A stretch of 64,000 nt of DNA, taken from Selenomonadaceae bacterium (lineage in GTDB: Bacteria; Bacillota; Negativicutes; Selenomonadales; Selenomonadaceae). The position numbers were made by a program, and so were the translations under genes. Shown here one piece after another: positions 54,144 to 62,986 of this stretch. Under the pieces are notes generated by a model. It was given only the letters and a program-made list of their open reading frames with translations. It was not told the origin of the DNA and searched no databases. Location: assembly GCA_017477125.1 (NCBI GenBank), contig JAFUXN010000014.1:1872-65871 (forward strand). The letters run 5' to 3'. Every line of letters starts with the position of its first letter. Position 1 is the first letter of the stretch.

Positions 54144-56233
54144 ACATTTTGCACCGATACAAACTTCTCGCCGTACGCAATCGACAACTTCTTGATCAAG
54201 TCCGCGTGCTCGGCGAGATTTTTTTCGTCTCGCATGAATTTCTCCGCCGCCTCTCGCGCCTCGTACAGCAATCCCAAATCTCGAAACACGTCCGCGATCT
54301 TTAAGTCCGGCAATCCGTGTTGAGCCTCGCCGAAGAATTGTCCCGGTCCTCTCAACTTCAAATCTTCCTCCGCCAGCTTGAAACCGTCCGACGTCGTCTC
54401 CATGATCTCAAGCCGCTCCTTGCCCGCATCGCTCTTCGTGTCCGACAACAGTATGCAATACGATTCCGTTCCGCCGCGCCCCACTCGTCCCCGCAATTGG
54501 TGCAACGTCGCCAGCCCGAACCGATCCGCATGCTCGATCACCATCACAGACGCGTTCGGAACATCAACGCCGACTTCGATCACCGTCGTCGCCACCAGCA
54601 ATCGATACTCACCCGCGCGGAACCGCTCCATCACATCATCTTTTTCTTTCGAGCTCATCTTGCCATGCAACAGCGCACAATCCACCGTCGAAAACATGCC
54701 GTTGCTCAGCTCGTCGAAGACTTCTTCCGCCGACAACACTCCCTCAAGACGCTCGCTCTCGCTGTGCTCGACCAACGGACATACCACATACGCTTGTCGC
54801 CCACGATCAAGCTCGTCCATGACAAATTCGTACACGCGTCGACGGCTCGCCTTTCGCTTCACCATCGTCTTGATCGGCTTTCGACCCGGCGGCAGCTCCT
54901 TGATCTGCGACACGTCAAGATCACCGTACACCGTCAGCGTCATCGTCCGAGGGATCGGCGTCGCCGTCATTACCAGCATGTCAGGGCAACGCTCCGATTT
55001 TTTTTCGAGCGCCGCCCGTTGCGTCACTCCAAATCGGTGCTGCTCGTCCGTCACCACCAAACCCAACTGCTTGAACTCTACAACGTCCTCGATCAACGCA
55101 TGCGTCCCGATCACAATGTCGAACTTGCCGTTGGCGATCGCCTCATACGCCGCTTCTCGATTCTTCTTCGTCCGCGTCACCTTGCCCGTCAACAATCCGA
55201 TCCTTATGTTCAACGGCTCGAGCAAGGCTTTGAATTTTTCGTAGTGCTGTACCGCCAAAATTTCCGTCGGCGCCATGAACACTCCTTGGTTGCCGTTCTC
55301 GACCGTCTTCACCAGCGCCAGCATCGCCACCGCCGTCTTGCCCGAGCCCACATCGCCTTGGATCAGTCGGCGCATCGGGCGTTCACTCTCCATGTCGAGC
55401 GTCACCGCCTCCAACGTCGAGCGCTGATCATTCGTCAGCTTGAACGGTAATGCGTCGAGCACCGCCGCCATCAACTCACCGTTCGGCTCGTGCTTGATCC
55501 CGAGCTGATCATCTTGCATCTGCTTCTTGATCATCAACAGCCCGCATTGGATCAAAAATAATTCCTCGAACGCCAGCCGATGCCGCGCCTCATCGATCTC
55601 ATATTGACTGAACGGGAAGTGGATCGAGCGCAGCGCCTGATCATACGGCATCAGATCATGCCGCTTGACGATCTCACGCGGCAGTTCATCTTCGAGCTCC
55701 GGCATTCTGTCGAGAAGGTTATGCATCGCCGTTCGAAAAAATTTCTGCTTGAGATTCCCCGTCGACGCATAGATCGGAAACATTCCTTCCTCGGGGTCCT
55801 CGCCCTCGTCGAGCACCTCATACGTCTGCACTTGGATCGAATACATTTCGCCCGCGCCGTATGTCTCCGTCACCTTGCCCTTCACCACCAGCCGTTGACC
55901 GGGGTGCAGCGTCTTCGCCAGATATTCTTGATTGAACCACACCAGTTGCACATAATCAAAATCGTCGCCGAGCAGCGCGTTGATCACCGTCAGCTTGTGG
56001 CGGACGTGGCGGACGCGTATGTTCGACAGATGCCCCTCAACCATCGCCACCTCACCGAGGACCAGCTCATCGATCGGTGTGATACTGCATTGATCTTCGT
56101 ACGCGCGCGGGTAATGCGTCAGAAAATCGTAGAACGTCTTGATGCCCAGCTTGTTGAGCGCCTTCGCTCGAACGGGACCGACGCCCTTCAAATACATGAT
56201 ATCACTGTTGAGGTCGAAGCCTCCAAAGCTCAT
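54140..56233 (-). CDS. recG: ATP-dependent DNA helicase RecG
   Basis: 697 aa. An N-terminal wedge domain, then DVGSGKT, DEQHRFG, and the TATPIPRT and QLRGRVGRG motifs. Confidence 0.95.
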   Translation of the reverse strand: MSFGGFDLNSDIMYLKGVGPVRAKALNKLGIKTFYDFLTHYPRAYEDQCSITPIDELVLGEVAMVEGHLSNIRVRHVRHKLTVINALLGDDFDYVQLVWFNQEYLAKTLHPGQRLVVKGKVTETYGAGEMYSIQVQTYEVLDEGEDPEEGMFPIYASTGNLKQKFFRTAMHNLLDRMPELEDELPREIVKRHDLMPYDQALRSIHFPFSQYEIDEARHRLAFEELFLIQCGLLMIKKQMQDDQLGIKHEPNGELMAAVLDALPFKLTNDQRSTLEAVTLDMESERPMRRLIQGDVGSGKTAVAMLALVKTVENGNQGVFMAPTEILAVQHYEKFKALLEPLNIRIGLLTGKVTRTKKNREAAYEAIANGKFDIVIGTHALIEDVVEFKQLGLVVTDEQHRFGVTQRAALEKKSERCPDMLVMTATPIPRTMTLTVYGDLDVSQIKELPPGRKPIKTMVKRKASRRRVYEFVMDELDRGRQAYVVCPLVEHSESERLEGVLSAEEVFDELSNGMFSTVDCALLHGKMSSKEKDDVMERFRAGEYRLLVATTVIEVGVDVPNASVMVIEHADRFGLATLHQLRGRVGRGGTESYCILLSDTKSDAGKERLEIMETTSDGFKLAEEDLKLRGPGQFFGEAQHGLPDLKIADVFRDLGLLYEAREAAEKFMRDEKNLAEHADLIKKLSIAYGEKFVSVQNV

Positions 56234-57021
56234 TGCCGATCGCTCCTTCGAATTTTATATCCCAAAATCTTGTCGCCGACCGCATTGCTGAAAATCTCCG
56301 CGTCGACATTGAACACGTCCCTGATCAGTTGAGGGCTCAACACGTCGGACGGCGAGCCGCGCTTGTAAATCGTCCCGCCGTCGATCACAATCACTTCGTC
56401 GGAGAACTCGATCGCATGATTGATGTCGTGGAGCACCATGATGATCGTCATGTCGTGGCGCCGATTGACCGTCTCAATGATAGTCATCACTTCCAATTGA
56501 TGAGCGATGTCAAGGTAAGTCGTCGGCTCGTCGAGCAGTAAAATCTTGGGGCGTTGAGCCAGAGCCATCGCCAGCCATGCGCGTTGACGTTCGCCGCCCG
56601 ACAGAGTTGAGACTTGACGTTGAGCGAGGTGCTCGACGTTGGTGACGTGCATCGCCCACTCGATCGCCTCTCGATCCTCCGTCGGGTTGCCGCTCGAAAA
56701 TAATTTTTGATGCGGAAAACGACCGTAGCTTGTCAACTGCCGAACGGTGGTATCAACGGGCGCTTCTCGTTCTTGAGGGAGGATCGCGATCGATTGAGCG
56801 ATCGACCGTCGACCGAGCGATCTGATGTCGCGTCCGTCGAGCGTGATCGAGCCGCTGAACCGTTCGTTGATCAGACACAGCGCCTTGAGGAGCGTCGACT
56901 TGCCCGCGCCGTTTGCTCCGATGATCGATGTGCGACGTCCCTCGGCAAATTCATGCGTGACGCCGCTCAAAATTTTCTTCCCGTCGATCTCGATTGTGAT
57001 GTTCTCAATGGTTAGTTTCAT
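56230..57021 (-). CDS. ABC transporter ATP-binding protein (FecE/FepC iron-siderophore/cobalamin type)
   Basis: GANGAGKST, LSGGERQR, LLLDEPT and VLHDIN motifs. There is a 4-bp overlap with the recG start. No permease or SBP is adjacent. Confidence 0.85.
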   Translation of the reverse strand: MKLTIENITIEIDGKKILSGVTHEFAEGRRTSIIGANGAGKSTLLKALCLINERFSGSITLDGRDIRSLGRRSIAQSIAILPQEREAPVDTTVRQLTSYGRFPHQKLFSSGNPTEDREAIEWAMHVTNVEHLAQRQVSTLSGGERQRAWLAMALAQRPKILLLDEPTTYLDIAHQLEVMTIIETVNRRHDMTIIMVLHDINHAIEFSDEVIVIDGGTIYKRGSPSDVLSPQLIRDVFNVDAEIFSNAVGDKILGYKIRRSDRQ

Positions 57022-57054
57022 ATCGCGAGCGATCGATCCCTCCTTCGGCTGATC

Positions 57055-58125
57055 ATCTTGACATACTCCCCGTAGCTAAAGCCGGGGGATTCCGGTATCA
57101 ACGACATTTGCCTCGACAACGAGGTCTTACTATGTCTACTCCACGGGTTGATGCCCCAACCCCTCATTCAATATGTTTATTGCGGCATTGCGGTCTCTGT
57201 CGTGATATGCTCCACATTTCGGGCAGCTCCACTCTCTGACTCTTAAATCCCTTACCTCCGGATTTTTCTCTCCGCAGCAATTGCAAATCAGATTGTGTCA
57301 TACTCAAGGCTGATTCTTCTTGCCAGTTTAAAGTGGAAGTCGTGCCTCTGATTGGCTGACTTCTTATACAACTTCGCCAACGTGTGCCTTACTCGTTGTC
57401 GATTGTTTGAACCTGTCTCTTTGTGGGACAGATTCTTTGCAGCTTTAGCAATCAAGGCAGCATTTTGAGCGAAGAACAGTGGACTTATTACATCTGCTCC
57501 GTCTGACGCCGTAAGAAATTTCTTGAGTCCAAAGTCATAGCCGACGTTTTTACCTGTTCGTTCTACTACTTTAAAATCTTTGGCGTCCGTGACAAAGTAA
57601 ATGTAAATATCACCCAAACTGTCGCGCTTGATTGTCAAAGTGTAGGTTGTTTCGTCCAGCTTCCAGCCGGCTTGTTTCAATGTAAAAGACTTGTACTTTA
57701 TAACTTTTTTGAAGCCGGGCGGTGAGCTCCTGATTTTTCGAGCGATGTTTCGGAAGAACAGTTTGTAAGCTCTGCCGATTCTTTCAGCTACATCTTGTAC
57801 AGCCTGTGAGCCGATTTCTAACAGATAGTGGAACTTTGATATTTTCTTGAGCTTGGTCAGATGCACTTTCAATCTGTTCGGATTAAGCGATGTGTGAAAG
57901 ATTTTGTAGTATCGCTTGCAAAGGGCAATGCAATGGTTATATGTCAAACCGGCAGCATTAATCTGCTTATGAAGTTTGGCATTTCGCTCTGACTTGTAGA
58001 GTTTAAAACAGAAGGTCTTCATTGCACTCACCTCGCAAAACTATTGTAGCACATTGCAAAAGGTAGTGCACGAAAAAAAGGCGTCTTACATCCCCGGGTC
58101 TAAAGGGCGGGGGCTTACGGTGCAA
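57055..58125 (-). mobile_element. Decayed IS200/IS605-family (IS1341-type, TnpB-only) element
   Basis: Matching subterminal hairpins CCCCG-N10/11(CTTTAG)-CGGGG lie near both ends (57067-57089 and 58091-58113). They enclose a broken tnpB. The region is visibly more AT-rich than its flanks. Confidence 0.7.
57136..58031 (-). pseudogene. tnpB: RNA-guided nuclease TnpB, internally deleted
   Basis: The 247-aa N-terminal ORF ends at ...RISLEYDTI*, exactly where the RuvC-I motif (IEDL) should follow. In another frame the zinc ribbon and RuvC-III survive ([42 protein letters not shown], stop at 57136-57138). The RuvC-I and RuvC-II segments are missing. Confidence 0.8.
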
Positions 58126-58201
58126 ATGATAAAGGAAAATTCCCTTGCGCGCCGTAATCGATCCGATTAGAATATCATAGACATTTGTTGAAGGTGATGC
58201 C

Positions 58202-59368
58202 ATGAAATTTTTATTAGTGATAGCGTTCGTGCTCAATCTGCTCTGCTCGACGGGCGAGTGCCGCGAGATCGTCTTCGTGCTCAACGAGGGGCAATCGATG
58301 AGCCGATCCGATCCGTCGAAAATTGCTCCCGAGAGTGTGCTCTGGGGCATGGAAAGTTTATCCGACAAAGACGAGGCGAAGCTCATCACATTTGCCGACG
58401 ATACGGGCGCGGCATTGAATCGAGTGCTCGACAATTTTTCGTCGAAGTCGAACGTCGAGCGGCATATCATTTTGATCACCGACGGAGATCATCTTGTCGA
58501 TGCGCTCTCGACCAATCGGGCGAACTCGATGAACGTCCCGATCCACGTCCTCAACGTCAGCGCCGACCCCGACGTGATGACCGCCATGCGCACTCTGATC
58601 CATAAAAACATTCGCGGCTCGAGCGTCGAGTTCCTCACCAATGCGATCAGCAGCGGCAAGCTCCCGATCGAACTGCCCGAGCTCGATGCCGAACGCTTGA
58701 GAGTGTTGCTGATCTCGTCGAGCGTCGGCGATGCAAAACTTCTCAACGCCGAACATCAAACGCTCGTCGATGGCAGATTCGTCAAGGCTTACGAGCTCGA
58801 GCGTCCCGACATTAGAAATTTTGTTCTCGACGTCGATTATCCGCCGGGCACGGGCTTGACCGTTGATATCGTCGCCGAACGCAACGGGCTCGTCGTCTTT
58901 CCGATCGATGATCTGCCGTGGTTGCTCGGCGGAGGAGCGATCGCCTCGATCGTTCTGCTGTCGATCCCGTTGATCAAGAGGCATCGAGCGGTAAACGGCA
59001 CTCCCTATCGCGGCAAGCTGCTGATCCAATTGACCAAAACCGACGGCGAAGACGATCCCGAGCCGCGCGAATTTAATTTGTTCCGAAGTCCCGCCGTCGA
59101 GCTCAACCTAAGGGAGATTCTAAACAAGTGCAGTATCTTCGCCAAGTTCGAAGACGCCGAGGCGATCACCATCAGCCCCGACGCTCAAGGCATCACGCTC
59201 AAAAATAATTCGTCGTGCACGGTGACCAAACGCAATGATCTCGTCAAGCGCGGCGGACGCGTCGAACTGTGGTACAACGATACCGTCAACATCTCGACCG
59301 AAGACGACTCCGCCGAACTGATTCTGATCTACAAGACCATGAAACCGAACGGAGAACTGCTTCAATGA
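58202..59368 (+). CDS. Membrane protein: signal peptide, vWA-like ectodomain, one TM helix, FHA-like cytoplasmic domain
   Basis: MKFLLVIAFVLNLLCSTG. vWA-like strands IVFVLNEGQSMS and HIILITDG. TM helix LPWLLGGGAIASIVLLSIPLI. The C-terminal roughly 110 aa are beta-rich (ITISPDAQGITLKNNSSCTVTKRNDLVKRGGRVELWYNDTVNI) and look FHA-like by eye. Confidence 0.5.
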   Translation: MKFLLVIAFVLNLLCSTGECREIVFVLNEGQSMSRSDPSKIAPESVLWGMESLSDKDEAKLITFADDTGAALNRVLDNFSSKSNVERHIILITDGDHLVDALSTNRANSMNVPIHVLNVSADPDVMTAMRTLIHKNIRGSSVEFLTNAISSGKLPIELPELDAERLRVLLISSSVGDAKLLNAEHQTLVDGRFVKAYELERPDIRNFVLDVDYPPGTGLTVDIVAERNGLVVFPIDDLPWLLGGGAIASIVLLSIPLIKRHRAVNGTPYRGKLLIQLTKTDGEDDPEPREFNLFRSPAVELNLREILNKCSIFAKFEDAEAITISPDAQGITLKNNSSCTVTKRNDLVKRGGRVELWYNDTVNISTEDDSAELILIYKTMKPNGELLQ

Positions 59369-59437
59369 GAACCGATCGACAACATTTCTTGGACGAGGAC
59401 GTCCTGAGGATTCAAAACGAAGTGAGGCGATATCAAA

Positions 59438-59779
59438 ATGAGCAAAGAATACATGACCGCGATGTCGATGATCAAATGCAACGGAGCGACGGCGCCGGTG
59501 CCGATTCCGATTCAATGTCCGATCAGCCACGGAGTGATCTCGTGCAAGACGCATCTGCCGTTGCTCAACGCAAATGATTGCGTTCCGTTCCTTAATGTGC
59601 TGACGTTCGGGACGTGCAAGATGATCCCGCCCACGCCCGCAGGTCCCGTGCCGTGCATTCCCGCGCTCATCATGGCGTGGAAGCAGGGCGATCCGCATTA
59701 CATCATCGAAGGCGCGCCCGCCCTCACCAAGGACAGTTTCCTTACCTGCACCTTCGGCGGCACGATCAAATTCCAATGA
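59438..59779 (+). CDS. DUF4280 (PAAR-like) domain protein
   Basis: 113 aa, Cys/Pro-rich. MIKCNGATAPVPI...LNANDCVPFLNVLTFGTCKM...PCIPALIMAWKQGDPHYIIEGAPALTKDSFLTCTFGGTIKF matches my memory of DUF4280. Confidence 0.7.
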   Translation: MSKEYMTAMSMIKCNGATAPVPIPIQCPISHGVISCKTHLPLLNANDCVPFLNVLTFGTCKMIPPTPAGPVPCIPALIMAWKQGDPHYIIEGAPALTKDSFLTCTFGGTIKFQ

Positions 59780-61560
59780 TAAGCTCCGATCTGAAAGTTG
59801 AGGGCGTCAAGTATGATCGGCTCCTCGATCTCGACATCGTTGAGAGAGCCAACACGCATGGCATTTGCAAGCTGGTGGTCGCCGTCTCCGCCGACTTCGA
59901 CACCAAAACCATGCTCGGTTGGAGCAAGACGCCCCTCACCATCAAAGCCGACAAGGATATAATTTTCGGCGGGCTCATCGATCATTGCGCGCTCGATCGC
60001 AACCCCGGCGGAACGTTTTTGACCGTCTTCGCCTCAACCATGTCGATCCAACTCGTTCAATCCGCGCGGAGCTCGATGACGTTTCAATCGGCAAAGAAAA
60101 AACTCTCCGACATGCTCAACGTGATCGTCAAGGCGCATAAGCCGGGCGAGATCGCTTGCGCGAAGGACGACACCGTTAAAGAACCGATCTGCCGCATCAA
60201 TCAAACCGATTGGGAATTTCTCATGGAGCTCGCCGAACGCCGCGGGCAACTGCTGTTCGTCAACGGCAAAACCGATAAGCTCAAGGTCAGCCTCGGCTTC
60301 AAAGCGTTCAACAAATTCAAGCTCAAGGACGAGGAGATCACGATGCTCCGTCGGATCGTGCCGATGGATTTTTATAAGCGGCTCGAGGCGAACACTTATT
60401 CGGGCGCGCGCTCCGCTTACTTCGCCGAGGTCGAGCTGTTCACGCGCGAGCCGAAGATCGGCGTCGGCAGCAGCGTCACCTTCGAGAACGCCGATCAAGC
60501 GGTCATCTACTCTCACATCTACCTTCACGAGAACGTCATCTACAACGACATCACGTTGAGGCATGAGGAAGGCTGTCGAGCGGACGCGTGGGACGTGATG
60601 AAGCACTTCGATCAATTTTATTATCTGACGGGCAAGGTGCTCGAGGCGAAGGACACCAACGTTAAGGTGCAGTTCGACGTCGACGAGAAGCAGAGCAAAG
60701 ATGAGGCGCTCGATATTCCTTACGAATCGCCCGTCAGCAATTACCTCTACACCATGCCCGACGTCAACGATAAGGTTGTCGTGTACCTCGACAGGGTCAT
60801 GCAATCGGCGCAGGGCAGTTTGAGATCGAAAGACGTCAGCGACGATTATAAAAAGCGATCGTTCAAAACCAAAAACTCATCGGTGATCGTCGAGGATAAA
60901 AAAATGTCGTTCGTCGCGGCGGAGAAGACTTCGCTCGAATACGCGGAAGGGATCAAAATGACGGCGCCGAAGAACATCGTCTTCTCGAGCAAGGGCGATA
61001 TCATAATCCAATCGGCGCAGGGGCTGGTGCCCGACGGTCAGTTGACGATGGCGGCAAAACATTTCGCGGGCATGGCGCAATACCTTGCGAAGCTCGGTCA
61101 GCCTGCGACGGTGCAATTCAATGCCGCGGGCTCGACGGTCGGCAAGGTCGATTCGCAGATCAAAAACGCGGGCGCCAAGAAGGAGTCGGTAGAGCTGTCC
61201 GATCTCGCCAAAGAGCTCGACAAGTTGACGGGGCGCAAGAATAAATCGTCGAGCGACAGTTCGTCGGGCGGAGGAGGCGGCGGCACGCTCAAGCTCGAGG
61301 GCAAAGACAGTGCGTTGCTCGCCGTCAAGGACAGTTCGCTGGGCATGAAGGGCAAGAACCTCAACGTCAAGACACAGGCACTGATCCAGGTGGCGATGAT
61401 CCCGATGGCGGGAGGCGGCACCGGCTCGTTGAGCAAATTCGAGGGCGGCAACCCCAACAATCGCTCGGAGAAGGTCACCGTCGAGAAGGGCACCGAGGAT
61501 CGCTCGAGGAGCAAGGAGAAGGTCACGCCCGTCGCCGACGACAAAAATATTTCTCGTTGA
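59776..61560 (+). CDS. VgrG-like spike protein (phage gpD/gp27-like N-domain + gpV/gp5 OB-fold), copy 1
   Basis: ORF 59614..61560 trimmed to the ATG at 59776, which overlaps the DUF4280 stop (ATGA). INQTDWEFLMELAERRGQLLFVNG is gpD-like. LTGKVLEAKDTNVKVQFDVDEKQSKDEALDIPYESP...MPDVNDKVVVYL is OB-fold spike-like. It has a Gly/Ser-rich tail. Confidence 0.65.
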   Translation: MISSDLKVEGVKYDRLLDLDIVERANTHGICKLVVAVSADFDTKTMLGWSKTPLTIKADKDIIFGGLIDHCALDRNPGGTFLTVFASTMSIQLVQSARSSMTFQSAKKKLSDMLNVIVKAHKPGEIACAKDDTVKEPICRINQTDWEFLMELAERRGQLLFVNGKTDKLKVSLGFKAFNKFKLKDEEITMLRRIVPMDFYKRLEANTYSGARSAYFAEVELFTREPKIGVGSSVTFENADQAVIYSHIYLHENVIYNDITLRHEEGCRADAWDVMKHFDQFYYLTGKVLEAKDTNVKVQFDVDEKQSKDEALDIPYESPVSNYLYTMPDVNDKVVVYLDRVMQSAQGSLRSKDVSDDYKKRSFKTKNSSVIVEDKKMSFVAAEKTSLEYAEGIKMTAPKNIVFSSKGDIIIQSAQGLVPDGQLTMAAKHFAGMAQYLAKLGQPATVQFNAAGSTVGKVDSQIKNAGAKKESVELSDLAKELDKLTGRKNKSSSDSSSGGGGGGTLKLEGKDSALLAVKDSSLGMKGKNLNVKTQALIQVAMIPMAGGGTGSLSKFEGGNPNNRSEKVTVEKGTEDRSRSKEKVTPVADDKNISR

Positions 61561-61573
61561 GAAGGAGAAAGTT

Positions 61574-62986
61574 ATGGAGCCGGAATTAAACTTGCCGACG
61601 TTGGCGCGCCACGATTATAACATCGATTACGCGCGCGGCGACTTCACTTTGCACATCATCGACTACGCTCAGCTCAACATTCTCGGGAGTTTCACCGTCG
61701 AACGGACGTATCATTCGAGAACCAACTCCTGGCAATTCAACGTCGCCGACGACATTCGCGAGCTCACTCTCAAGACGCTCAATCGGATCAAATTCGTGCG
61801 CGCGGGCAATCATCTCATCGCGGTCAAGGACGACATCGGGCGCGTCACCCGCTACGAGTACGACGGCGATCACTTGACGCGCGTCATTTACCCCGACGGC
61901 ACCAAGATCAATTACGAATATGATGTGTATGATCAATTGTCGACGTGCTCGATGGGCGGCAATTTGATTTTCGAGAACGAATATGACGAGCTCGGTCGGC
62001 TGACGAAACTCATTGAGGTCGACGGTGTTCGCATTTTTTTTTACGACGATCAAAACCGTCGGACGGTGGAGAACGGGCGCGCGCCGATCGTCTACGATTG
62101 GAACCGTCGCAAGCTGATCGAGAAAATCACCTACGGCGATGGCTCTTACGATCAATTTGCGTTCGACAGCACCGATCGATTGATCTTCGAACGGTATTGG
62201 GACGGCAGCGAACATCGCTATGAGTATGACGGCACTCGATTGATGACGGACACCTTCAACGGCGAGCTCGTGATCAGTTACGAATATGATGCCGTCGGCA
62301 ATCTGATCAAGATGAGCGACAGCATAGGGCGAGAAGAGCATTATGCGTACTCGTCGAAGAACCTGCTGATCGCCAAGCGCACGCGCCTCAACGTCAAGGA
62401 CTGGCGCCGAGAAATTTTCGAGCGCGACATTGCGGGGCGGGTGCTGACGCATGACATAAACGGTCGGGTCACAACATATTCATACGATGAGGAGGCGCCC
62501 GTTCCGTCGATGATGTTGAGCCCGTGCGGCTATCGCTTCGATTATTTTTATGACGGAGTGTATCGACTGCTGACGGTGCGGACGGAGGAAGGCGAATTTT
62601 CGTTTGCGTACACGCCCATGAACAAACTCGTCGCCGATCGGAAAGATATTTTCGATCCGATCGATCGTCCCGAACATGACACACAGCGGATCGGGCTCGA
62701 GATTTATGACGAGGGCGGGCGACGGGTCGAGCGACGGGAGCCCGTGGGCGATCGGTTCAGGCTGACGCGTTGGAAGTATGATATCGATGACAACTGCATT
62801 GAGCGGCGCGATTGGCGCGACCTGCAGGACGAAACGAGCGCCACCGGCAGAGTGAGCGTTATCGAATACGGCTATGATGCGCAGAATCGATTGGTGCGCG
62901 TGTCGGACGGCGAGCTCGTCACGCGTTATCGATATGATTGTTTGGATCGGCGGGTGGCTCAAAGATTTGCAAGGCTGGTGAAGTAG
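61574..62986 (+). CDS. RHS/YD-repeat protein without recognisable C-terminal toxin
   Basis: 470 aa with at least 12 YD-type repeats (RYEYDGDHLTRVIYPDG, NYEYDVYDQL, ENEYDELGRLTKL, SYEYDAVGNLIKM, TYSYDEE, EYGYDAQNRLVRV, RYRYDCLDRRV). It ends right after a repeat. Confidence 0.85.
   Translation: MEPELNLPTLARHDYNIDYARGDFTLHIIDYAQLNILGSFTVERTYHSRTNSWQFNVADDIRELTLKTLNRIKFVRAGNHLIAVKDDIGRVTRYEYDGDHLTRVIYPDGTKINYEYDVYDQLSTCSMGGNLIFENEYDELGRLTKLIEVDGVRIFFYDDQNRRTVENGRAPIVYDWNRRKLIEKITYGDGSYDQFAFDSTDRLIFERYWDGSEHRYEYDGTRLMTDTFNGELVISYEYDAVGNLIKMSDSIGREEHYAYSSKNLLIAKRTRLNVKDWRREIFERDIAGRVLTHDINGRVTTYSYDEEAPVPSMMLSPCGYRFDYFYDGVYRLLTVRTEEGEFSFAYTPMNKLVADRKDIFDPIDRPEHDTQRIGLEIYDEGGRRVERREPVGDRFRLTRWKYDIDDNCIERRDWRDLQDETSATGRVSVIEYGYDAQNRLVRVSDGELVTRYRYDCLDRRVAQRFARLVK

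Noticed and set aside
58003-58479. 158-aa minus-strand ORF spanning the IS left end and the start of the vWA-like gene
   Set aside because: It crosses the element boundary and overlaps the signal-peptide-bearing plus-strand gene. It has no RBS and matches no family.
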